This document shows, piece after piece, positions 39,059-47,693 of a stretch of DNA of 61,640 nucleotides. How positions within the stretch are numbered: the first letter of the stretch is position 1; each line of letters begins with the position of its first letter. Origin of the DNA: an uncultured Lachnospiraceae bacterium (GTDB taxonomy: Bacteria > Bacillota > Clostridia > Lachnospirales > Lachnospiraceae); the NCBI GenBank assembly GCA_964613155.1, contig CAZTHP010000002.1:1-61640 (forward strand). The letters are read 5' to 3'. The notes under the pieces are model-generated. The model had not been told where the DNA came from, searched no databases, and worked only from the letters and a program-made list of their open reading frames with translations. A program made the translations under genes and the position numbers.

Positions 39059-39262
39059 CTAGCAGCGGCCGGTTATTTTTTTTAATGCACGATCAGCACA
39101 GCAGAGTCGTTTGTTAAAACAGCGGATGCGATAGCAAAAACGTGGGTTGCAGGCGGCGAAATGACAGAGGTACCAGTGAAAGCAGGAAGGGCGACGCGGG
39201 GGTTTTGCGCATTTTTTACAGGATTTTGGAGAAGACTGAAAGAATGGTTCGCGTGACTTCAT
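39059..39262 (-). CDS. Small Cys/Arg-rich protein (67 aa, 10 Cys)
   Basis: MKSREPFFQSSPKSCKKCAKPPRRPSCFHWYLCHFAACNPRFCYRIRCFNKRLCCADRALKKITGRC. Confidence 0.45.
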   Translation of the reverse strand: MKSREPFFQSSPKSCKKCAKPPRRPSCFHWYLCHFAACNPRFCYRIRCFNKRLCCADRALKKITGRC

Positions 39263-39328
39263 AATAAATTTCAGTTGCGGAACTCCACTGCATTTATGTG
39301 ATGGGAGGAGCAACGTTCTCCTTTCTAA
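39258..39328 (-). mobile_element. IS200/IS605-type end palindrome remnant
   Basis: TTAGAAAGGAGAACGTTGCTCCTCCCATCACATAAATGCAGTGGAGTTCCGCAACTGAAATTTATTATGAA, near-identical to 33341-33411. Confidence 0.6.
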
Positions 39329-39696
39329 GATAAAACAAATAGGTTATACTTCTATTAGGGTTAAATTCTACAGAGAGAACCGTTGGCTGTAACTCTTAGC
39401 AAAGGTACTCTGCACTTTGAAAACTGTATATATGTATTTGGATACTCTTACATTAGAATATGCAATCCGAGGAAAGTGATTCCTGTAAAATTGAAATTGG
39501 AAAATTTTTTAGGATAGAAAACGAGAATCCACGCTTATTCAATTGCCGATGTAGTTCACCTAACAATAGTGGGAATTAAGAACATGGAATCTTCTATTAC
39601 AGAATAGAAGCGTTTGAGTGGAAACGGAATGATTGGATTTTGGGAAAAGTATATGAATACTGAAAAAGATTGTAACAACTTAGAAATGAATCAATT

Positions 39697-39755
39697 AAAA
39701 AAAACACTGAGGTCAAATACCTGGTAAAGTACTTTTTTTGACGGCCTCAGTGTTC
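39697..39755 (-). terminator. trmB terminator
   Basis: AACACTGAGG..CCTCAGTGTT hairpin with an A run on the left. Confidence 0.75.
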
Positions 39756-39779
39756 CATTGATGCAAACAGTAAGTTGAA

Positions 39780-40430
39780 TTATTTTTCTAAAACCGGTTC
39801 CAAAATCATTTTATGGATTGGCGTTCCAATAGAAGAAAAGCGTTCTTCGTATTCGGTCATGATATTACCCTCGTTCATCGGATCGTGGTGCAGGTCATGA
39901 GTAAATGCAATCAGATTCCAGTCAGGGGCATTTTCAGCTGTTTCCAGAGAAAATTGGAACAGATCTGCGTTGTCTGTTTTAAATTCCAAACTGCCGGCGG
40001 GGTGAAGAATCTGCTTGTAACGTGCTAAAAATTGAGAAGACGTTAAACGGCGTTTTGCGTGTCGGTCTTTAGGCCAGGGATCGGAAAAATTCAGATAAAT
40101 CCGTGTGGCTTCTCCGGGAGCAAAGATTTTAACGAGATCTTCGGCATCCATTCGAATGAAATAAAGATTTGGCAGCTGGAGTTCTTCTTGTTTTTCCAGG
40201 GCACGGAGTAAAACACTGGAATATTTTTCAATTCCAATATAATTGATCTGAGGATTTCGTAAGGCAAGTTCGGTAATAAAACGTCCTTTTCCCATACCGA
40301 TTTCAATATGGATCGGATTTTGATTGCCAAATTGCTGATGCCAGAGTCCTTTTTTATCTTCGGGAGTTTCGCCGCAGTACATGCTGGCTGCGATTGCCTC
40401 ACGGGCACCGGGAATATTTCGTAAACGCAT
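39780..40430 (-). CDS. trmB: tRNA (guanine-N7)-methyltransferase
   Basis: HIEIGMGKG, NFSDPWPKDRHAKRRLT, KTDN, MTEYE. Confidence 0.96.
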   Translation of the reverse strand: MRLRNIPGAREAIAASMYCGETPEDKKGLWHQQFGNQNPIHIEIGMGKGRFITELALRNPQINYIGIEKYSSVLLRALEKQEELQLPNLYFIRMDAEDLVKIFAPGEATRIYLNFSDPWPKDRHAKRRLTSSQFLARYKQILHPAGSLEFKTDNADLFQFSLETAENAPDWNLIAFTHDLHHDPMNEGNIMTEYEERFSSIGTPIHKMILEPVLEK

Positions 40431-40707
40431 TTTGTTAAACTGGATTTAAAAATCCATCCTTTCTTAATATTTTACTTGTATTTTAATGTTATCTTAAGAG
40501 ATTGCCTAAATGCTATTTTAAGATGTTGAGAGCAGAAGCTTTCCATTAAGATAGGTCTGCTTTGATTATACCAGAAAATTTAGAAAATTTTTATTCTTTT
40601 TTTACGGAAGTTTGATAGAGCGGGCGGTGTGTGCTCTTGTCAATACAGGGGAATTTGTAGTAAGATGTATTTGCAAAATGCAAAGGTGCAGATTTTACGT
40701 GATCCAA

Positions 40708-40903
40708 TGTGTCGTAAAACCCCTTGCTTCAGCTATGGGGATATAAGACACGTTCATAGATTTGCAAAATAGGAAGCCCATAGACTTTGGATTTTCAGGT
40801 AATGAGAGGAAATTTTCACGGATAATGAAAGGAAATTTTCACGGACAATGAGAGGAAAGTTTCGCGGCTCAAATGGCCGATGGAGTTCACAGGATGGGTA
40901 GTT
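40708..40903 (+). mobile_element. Degenerate non-autonomous IS200/IS605-like element (left-end hairpin plus right-end halves)
   Basis: TGTGTCGTAAAACCCCTTGCTTCAGCTATGGGGATATAAGACAC, then GGAAGCCCAT...ATGGGTAGTT split by a short internal tandem repeat. Confidence 0.5.
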
Positions 40904-40925
40904 TATTCAGTAAGGAGAAGATGGT

Positions 40926-42602
40926 TTGTTGAAGGAAAAAAGCTATAACCGGCTGTTTGCGCATGCCGGATTTTTTATAAAAAATAAGATGGATGCGATA
41001 TCGGATAAGATGGATGTGGTACAAGATAAGATGGGTGCGTTACCGGATAAGATGGATGTGATTCAGAATAGGCAGAATGTGCAGAAGATACTAAGGAATC
41101 TGAGTGCTATGAGTCATCTAAGAAGGATGAGTAAACGGAGAGATATGAGTAATCTGCTTAATCCGATGAAACGGGTGCTGCTGTTTGTTTGTGTGATCGG
41201 CTTGCTGGGAGGATCGGTTCTGTTTTCTGGCTTGCCGGTTCAGGCGGCTCCTGAGAAGGTGCAGATTGGCAAAACGACATCGGCATCTTCCTATATTAAA
41301 GCAGATGATTGGCCGTCAGGTCCTTCGGTTGGTGCGTACGCAGCAGTTTTAATGGATGCAGAGACAGGAATTGTTTTATATGCGAAAAATCCAGATACGC
41401 AGATGTATCCGGCTAGTATTACGAAGATTATGACAGCGCTGCTGACCTTGGAACGGAGTCAGATGACGGATACTCTTGTTTGTGAAGGAGAGGCTTTAGA
41501 TGCCCTTCCGCCCAATTATGTGACGCTTCCGATTTCAAGCGGAGAGAAGATGAGTATCGAGGATTGTATGGGCGGCCTTTTGCTGTATTCTGCAAATGAT
41601 GCGGCGAATGCTTTGGCTGTGCATGAATCGGGCAGTATTGCTGCTTTTGCAGAATTGATGAATGAACGTGCAAAAGAGGCGGGAGCGAAGAATACGCATT
41701 TTAATAATCCAAGCGGTCTTCACGAGGAAAATCATTATACCACTGCGTATGATATGTGCCGGATTATGAGGGAGTGCGTTCAATTTGACGATTTTAAGCG
41801 TTTGGCTGGTTCCAGAGTTTATACGCTTGCGCCCAATAACAAGCGGGCAGAAAACTTGACTATTTATGCAAAAGACAAAATGCTGTTTCCGACTTCTGGA
41901 TATTACTATGAGAATATTGTTTGCGGAAAGACCGGCTATACGAATGAGGCAAGTAATACACTGGTTTCCTATGCAGAAAAAGATGGCATGAAGCTGTTGT
42001 GCTGCGTTATGAAGTGTACGGAAAAAGGAGGCATTTATAAAGATACTGCAGCATTATTTGATTTTGGATTTGACAATTTCCATATGGTAGATGCTTCCCG
42101 TTCAGATGAGCGTTTCACGTTGAAGGATGCGGGTATTTTTGCATATGAAGATATTCCAGCGGCTTCCGCTTTTAATATTGAAATTACGGGAAAAAGCTTG
42201 GTTGTACTGCCCTCTGGTGTAAGTTTAAATAAAGTTGATACAGAAATTCGTTATCTGACAGATGCAGAGGATGGCTGTTTCGCGGAAATTGATTATCTCT
42301 ATCAGGGGATGATCGTTGGAACTGCTCGATTGAAGATGAACCGTGCAGTTTCGAATGAAGGAGAAAATTTTGATTTTACGTCTCATCAGGAAACCGAAAC
42401 CGCAGCGGGAGCGGCAAATTCCAATGACCAGAATGTATGGAGTAATATCTGGAATCGTACGAAGACGATCGATGTTCGAATTGTGATTGGAATTGCTGTG
42501 GCAGTGGTGCTGATCGCAGTGGTGGTGCTGATCGTTGTAATCCGTCGGAAAGATGACCGGATCGATTTTAAGAAAAATAAGCGTCGCAGACGTAGATGGT
42601 AA
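40926..42602 (+). CDS. D-alanyl-D-alanine carboxypeptidase (peptidase S11) with C-terminal TM; start may be 41145 or 41166
   Basis: PASITKIMT, SAND, HFNNPSGL, GKTGYT. Confidence 0.92.
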   Translation: MLKEKSYNRLFAHAGFFIKNKMDAISDKMDVVQDKMGALPDKMDVIQNRQNVQKILRNLSAMSHLRRMSKRRDMSNLLNPMKRVLLFVCVIGLLGGSVLFSGLPVQAAPEKVQIGKTTSASSYIKADDWPSGPSVGAYAAVLMDAETGIVLYAKNPDTQMYPASITKIMTALLTLERSQMTDTLVCEGEALDALPPNYVTLPISSGEKMSIEDCMGGLLLYSANDAANALAVHESGSIAAFAELMNERAKEAGAKNTHFNNPSGLHEENHYTTAYDMCRIMRECVQFDDFKRLAGSRVYTLAPNNKRAENLTIYAKDKMLFPTSGYYYENIVCGKTGYTNEASNTLVSYAEKDGMKLLCCVMKCTEKGGIYKDTAALFDFGFDNFHMVDASRSDERFTLKDAGIFAYEDIPAASAFNIEITGKSLVVLPSGVSLNKVDTEIRYLTDAEDGCFAEIDYLYQGMIVGTARLKMNRAVSNEGENFDFTSHQETETAAGAANSNDQNVWSNIWNRTKTIDVRIVIGIAVAVVLIAVVVLIVVIRRKDDRIDFKKNKRRRRRW

Positions 42603-42629
42603 ACTGAAAGGACTCTTGGTGGAAGCAGA

Positions 42630-43298
42630 TTGGAGAAGGAACATCAAACTATAATCCAGAATATTCGCTCTCCTCTATTTGAGGGGATTCGTCCGGAAGA
42701 ACGAGAAAAGATGCTTGCCTGTATTGGGTATCGAATCAGCACCTTTCCAAAAGGCAGTATTCTTGTTTTTGAAGAAGACAATATGAAGCAGGTCGGTATT
42801 TTGCTTTCCGGTGTCGTGGATATGGTAAAAGAAGATCTTTGGGGGAATAAGACCATGCTGCTTCGTATGCAGAAGGAAGAACTGTTTGGGGAAACATTTG
42901 CCTGCGGTGAGGATTCTATGTCTGTGGTGACATTTATTGTTTCCGAAGATGCAAAAATTTTGTGGATTCCTTTTGAACGAGTGATACGCAATTGCACTAT
43001 GTCTTGTGTCTTTCATCATCGATTGATTGAAAATATGGTGCATATTATTGCGAACAAGAATCGAGATTTGATGCGGAAAGTAGAAATCGTTTCAAAGCGT
43101 TCGATACGGGAAAAAATTCTGGCATATTTATCGATACAGCAGCAGATACAAAATTCGCGTTATTTCGAAATTCCTCTTGGCAGAGTAGAATGGGCAGAAT
43201 ATCTTTGCGTGGATCGCAGCGCATTAACACGGGAACTTGTCAAAATGAAAAAAGAGGGACTGATTGATTATGATAAAAATTGGTTTCGGATTTTATGA
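42630..43298 (+). CDS. Crp/Fnr-family regulator (HcpR-like)
   Basis: LFGETFAC; IPLGRVEWAEYLCVDRSALTREL helix-turn-helix; adjacent to hcp. Confidence 0.9.
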   Translation: MEKEHQTIIQNIRSPLFEGIRPEEREKMLACIGYRISTFPKGSILVFEEDNMKQVGILLSGVVDMVKEDLWGNKTMLLRMQKEELFGETFACGEDSMSVVTFIVSEDAKILWIPFERVIRNCTMSCVFHHRLIENMVHIIANKNRDLMRKVEIVSKRSIREKILAYLSIQQQIQNSRYFEIPLGRVEWAEYLCVDRSALTRELVKMKKEGLIDYDKNWFRIL

Positions 43299-43302
43299 AA
43301 AT

Positions 43303-43332
43303 GACCTCACTGTATAAGCAGTGAGGTTTTTT
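43303..43332 (+). terminator. Intrinsic terminator
   Basis: ACCTCACTG-tataag-CAGTGAGGT-TTTTT. Confidence 0.8.
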
Positions 43333-43361
43333 GCTGATGTGCAGAAAATGGAAAACTAAAA

Positions 43362-43377
43362 TGTGACTTTTGCAACA
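43362..43377. promoter_or_regulatory. Crp/HcpR-like operator upstream of hcp
   Basis: TGTGACTTTTGCAACA, imperfect TGT-N10-ACA palindrome. Confidence 0.55.
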
Positions 43378-43436
43378 TCATTTTGTTTCTGGATTCGATA
43401 TGATAACGGTACAAGATGACGATAGGAGGAACGAAG

Positions 43437-45068
43437 ATGTTTTGTTTTCAATGTGAACAAACTGCTGGTGGAAATGCTTGCACAGGCAAAAGAGGGATTT
43501 GTGGTAAAATGGCAGATACGGCAAATCTTCAGGATAAGTTAACAGGCGCATTAATCGGTTTAGCACGTACAGCAAAGGGCAGAGAACATGCAGTTAGTGA
43601 TTCTACAGATGCAGTAATTCTGGAAGGGTTATTTGCAACGTTAACAAATGTTAATTTTGACAATGATGCACTTTGCCGTATGATTGAACGAGCAGCAGCG
43701 GAGAAGGAAAAGTTAATCAAGAGTACGGAGCCTGCTAGATTTGTTTGTGGAGCAGCAGAGGATGATAGGAATCGACTTTGGACAGCAGATGATTATGATA
43801 TGAACCAGCTTTGGACAGCAGAGGAAGATATCCGTTCTCTGAAGTCTTTGATTTTATTTGGTATTCGTGGTGTTGCTGCTTATGCGTATCATGCATCTGT
43901 TTTGGGTTATAAAAATCGGGATGTTTGTCAATTTTTCTATCAAGCATTATCAGCAATTGGCATGGATGACTGGGGAATGGAAGAATTGCTGCCGCTTGTA
44001 TTAGAGACAGGGGAAGTCAATCTCAAGTGTATGGAACTGTTAGATCAGGCAAATACCGAAACATTTGGTCATCCGATTCCCACGCAGGTAAGCCTAACTG
44101 TGGAAAAAGGACCGTTTATCGTTGTGACGGGACATGATCTGTATGATTTAAAACTTTTGTTGGAACAGACGGAAGGAAAGGGAATTCAGATTTATACACA
44201 TGGGGAAATGCTGTCTGCCCATGCATATCCAGAGTTGAAAAAATATCCTCATTTAAAGGGAAATTTTGGTACTGCATGGCAAAATCAGCAGGAAGAATTT
44301 GCAAAACTTGCAGCACCCATTTTATTTACGACCAATTGTTTGATGCCTCCAACCGAAAAATATGCGGATCGCGTATTTACAACTGAGATTACAGGTTATC
44401 CTGGTATACAGCATATTGGTTTGGAGCGAGATTTTACACCGCTGATTGAAAAAGCATTGGAATTAGGGGGATTTCAGCAGGATATGACCTTCTCCGGTAT
44501 GAACGGTGGAGAAACGGTGCTGACTGGATTTGCCAGAAATAGTGTTATGTCTGTTGCGGAAAGGGTAATTGAAGCTGTGAAAGCAGGTGATATCCAGCAC
44601 TTTTTCCTTGTTGCAGGCTGTGATGGTAAAAGAAATGAGAGAAATTATTATACAGAATTTGTGAAACAGACACCTGTGGATACGGTAGTATTAACGTTAG
44701 CATGTGGAAAATATCGCTTCCACGATTTGGATTTAGGAACAATCGGGGGTCTTCCCCGCCTTATGGATATTGGGCAGTGTAATGATGCCTATTCCGCTAT
44801 TCAGATTGCACTGGCTCTGGCAGATGCTTTTGGCTGCGGTGTAAATGAATTACCTTTGAGTATGGTATTGAGCTGGTATGAGCAGAAAGCGGTGTCGATC
44901 CTTTTGACTCTGCTGCATCTGGGAATCAAGGATATTCGCTTAGGCCCCACACTTCCTGCATTTTTGTCACCAAATGTACTGAATTTCTTGGTGGAAAAAT
45001 TCCATATTATGCCGATTACCACTCCAGAAAATGATCTGGATGCTATTTTAAACCAGAAATTGGTTTGA
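43437..45068 (+). CDS. hcp: Hydroxylamine reductase / hybrid cluster protein
   Basis: MFCFQCEQT..C..GICGK; GHDL, TTNC, GCDG, ACGKY, GQCND, WYEQKA. Confidence 0.97.
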   Translation: MFCFQCEQTAGGNACTGKRGICGKMADTANLQDKLTGALIGLARTAKGREHAVSDSTDAVILEGLFATLTNVNFDNDALCRMIERAAAEKEKLIKSTEPARFVCGAAEDDRNRLWTADDYDMNQLWTAEEDIRSLKSLILFGIRGVAAYAYHASVLGYKNRDVCQFFYQALSAIGMDDWGMEELLPLVLETGEVNLKCMELLDQANTETFGHPIPTQVSLTVEKGPFIVVTGHDLYDLKLLLEQTEGKGIQIYTHGEMLSAHAYPELKKYPHLKGNFGTAWQNQQEEFAKLAAPILFTTNCLMPPTEKYADRVFTTEITGYPGIQHIGLERDFTPLIEKALELGGFQQDMTFSGMNGGETVLTGFARNSVMSVAERVIEAVKAGDIQHFFLVAGCDGKRNERNYYTEFVKQTPVDTVVLTLACGKYRFHDLDLGTIGGLPRLMDIGQCNDAYSAIQIALALADAFGCGVNELPLSMVLSWYEQKAVSILLTLLHLGIKDIRLGPTLPAFLSPNVLNFLVEKFHIMPITTPENDLDAILNQKLV

Positions 45069-45225
45069 ACGGATGTCCTTTTGAATCGGGAATTGGTTTG
45101 AACGGATGTCATTTTGAACCGGGAATGAATTTGAGATATTTGCACAATTGATCTCCTGTTAATTGAGGATGTTGTTGTCTGGTAAAGTCCGGTGTCAACA
45201 TGGATTTTTGTATCGGATTTTCCTC

Positions 45226-45320
45226 AACTATGAAAAACACGCGCTGCGAGTTTCTCAAGTTATCGCGGTGCTCCTCAAATGCTTGTGCAAGCACAGCATT
45301 TTCATCGCTACTTGTGTAAA
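45226..45320 (-). repeat. 95-bp double-hairpin dispersed element, copy 4
   Basis: Near-identical to the other copies; abuts terminator 45323-45358. Confidence 0.9.
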
Positions 45321-45322
45321 TT

Positions 45323-45358
45323 AAAAAGGCACTTGATTTGATTCAAGTGCCTTTTTTT
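45323..45358. terminator. Bidirectional terminator
   Basis: AAAAAGGCACTTGA..TCAAGTGCCTTTTTTT. Confidence 0.85.
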
Positions 45359-45441
45359 GAGGGATTTTTAAAAGCGTTTTCACTTACATTCGCCAAAGCT
45401 TATCCTAAAAGCGTTTTCACTTACATTCGCCAAAGCTTATC

Positions 45442-46479
45442 CTAAAAGCGTTTTCGCTTGCGTTTGTCTGCGGCTGTCGGGGAAATCGTCAGATTTACGG
45501 CTCCTTCTGCCGGGGTATAGGCAGCTCCGGCGATACGACCGCGACGAATCCGACGCTTTACACGAAGCTGTTCCTGCTTTTCGCGAAGGGCTTCTGCTGT
45601 CTTAGGAGAAATCATCTTTGTTGTACGAATCGCAAAATAATGACTGTCGTCGGTTTTTTTGATCCGGATTTTTCCCTGCATATATCCATGTTCAGGACAA
45701 ATAGAAAGAGAATAATAAATATTATTATTCGAAGTAAACCAGCGTATTTTCTTACGGAGTGAACGGCCGCATATATGACAGGGTGTTACAGTGACCATGC
45801 GGTCGGTCATCACATCTTCCTTATTAGGCTGTACCTGTGACACAAACTTGGAATATTGCGGAAAATGAAGGAAGATTTCTTCTTCCCGTTTGCTGGGTGG
45901 ATTATGATAATCAACGGAGCAGTAGATCGCAGTCTGTTCCGGGTTCATGCTGGACATGATTTCTGCGGTATAATACGCATCGTCAATTGCACAGTGAAAA
46001 GGTCGATCTTGTTCTAAATTCAGAAAATCAGCTGCATATTTGAGTGATTTTCGTGTTTTCCCATCTTCGTAAAACATGCTGAATAGTTTTTGTACATCAT
46101 AGTAAAACAGCGGTTTTGCAAGTTTGGGCTGCATTTTGTAAAAATCCATATTATTCTGAAGGTAATCCAGATCCATAGGCCCCCATGTGGCAAAGGTATA
46201 ATCGCTGCCGCACCATTTCAGAAAATCTTTGATAACGACCGGAAACTTTCTGGCTTTTTGAAAATCCTTCAGATTAACCTTTAAAAGCTGTTTGGTACGA
46301 TAATGCAGCTGTCGATAAACTTGCGGTCGGATACGTTCACTGAAGGTATCCATAATCTGAAAAGATTGACTGAGGCGAACAGCACCGATTTCAAGGATTT
46401 CGAAAGGAAGGTCTGGATTTGCACGTTCTTTGCCGCCGGGGCATTGGTTCCATTCCAGATCCAAAACGATGTAATCCAT
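45442..46479 (-). CDS. DEDDh 3'-5' exonuclease with C-terminal Cys/His cluster
   Basis: VLDLEWN, EILEIGAV, TWGPMD, HCAIDDA; CHIC...CPEHG. Confidence 0.85.
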   Translation of the reverse strand: MDYIVLDLEWNQCPGGKERANPDLPFEILEIGAVRLSQSFQIMDTFSERIRPQVYRQLHYRTKQLLKVNLKDFQKARKFPVVIKDFLKWCGSDYTFATWGPMDLDYLQNNMDFYKMQPKLAKPLFYYDVQKLFSMFYEDGKTRKSLKYAADFLNLEQDRPFHCAIDDAYYTAEIMSSMNPEQTAIYCSVDYHNPPSKREEEIFLHFPQYSKFVSQVQPNKEDVMTDRMVTVTPCHICGRSLRKKIRWFTSNNNIYYSLSICPEHGYMQGKIRIKKTDDSHYFAIRTTKMISPKTAEALREKQEQLRVKRRIRRGRIAGAAYTPAEGAVNLTISPTAADKRKRKRF

Positions 46480-46864
46480 AGTTGTATCCTCCCTGGATAA
46501 AAAATGATAGATTTTGTGCATTTAGTCTAACACAAATGCAAGGGATTGTCCAGCAAGGCAGTACACGATCTGGTGTGCTAAAATGAGAAATAATAATTCA
46601 GGCTAATGCTTTTAAATTACATTATCAGAGCGAATAAAATATAATAAGATATCACATTTTTCCGTTTCATCACTCTTTGTGGTAAGAGGGACAGTACCGA
46701 GTATAATCTTATCCTCTTTCTTATATTCAGACCCCTTTCATTGAAAAAAGCTATAAGCTTATTTGCAAGATTACCGTAAATTGTAAAGTTTCAAAATTCT
46801 TGAAGACAAGTGTGGAAAAAGTTTTGAGATAAGCAAAAAAATTGTAAAGTAGTGTAAAATATCC

Positions 46865-47516
46865 TCAAATAATTTTTACTATCGAATCTTCTTTTAACTG
46901 TTTCACTAATTTTTCTTTTCGAATATCTAATTTTATTGAAATACCAAATAATATTATAAAAAAAGAGAGCAAAACTACAACTAATAATACTATTAATCCA
47001 TTCCAAATTATATTAATCCCTATTCCGCACAAACATGCAATCAAAAAAGCAGTAAAAATATGATATATTTTTGCAATCCAAAGTAAACGTATATTTTAAT
47101 TTTGTCCCCAATTCATCTGTCATATACGGATAATGGTATTTATAGGTAATGGGTTCAAAATATCCTCTATGGTATATTAGATTATATTTTTTATCATCAT
47201 TTGCACAATACACATATTCTTCTAATATCGGAGGATTAATTAAATTAACAATTGATCGTGGATTAAAAAATATTATATCAAGTATGTATAGCAAAAATGT
47301 CGCTGCAATAATTTTAACCCAGTCTTTAAATTTGAAATGTACTTTCCATTCTTCTTCAGGCATTATATAATCTGAATTGTTAATAAGATAAATCTTATCT
47401 TTTGATGGAAGTGGATTTATCCTTACACAGCAATTATCTTTATTAACAATACTTGATTGATCCTTATACTTAATTATAAATTCATCATCTTCTAAATTTT
47501 TGACGCATATTTCCAT
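46865..47516 (-). pseudogene. AT-rich membrane protein, probable Rhs immunity gene, frameshifted
   Basis: The 167-aa ORF continues in another frame as HIFTAFLIACLCGIGINIIWNGLIVLLVVVLLSFFIILFGISIKLDIRKEK..*, ending at 46865. Confidence 0.5.
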
Positions 47517-47693
47517 TTATATATACCCCGTCTTTCTGCGAAAGACACCAATGCGTCATGAAACAGTTGCACTGACTTTCGCTTTCTATTTTAGTTTCCT
47601 TAACGATGGCTTATTTGTGATGCTCAAATGTATTCTCTAGTCACACTTCATTGCTTAGATTTTTCATTCAAAAGGTCACAAGATGATGTAGCT

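Noticed and set aside
46791-47006. Independent 71-aa CDS
   Set aside because: An overlapping alternative frame gives a more protein-like two-TM C-terminus for the upstream ORF, so this was treated as a frameshifted gene.
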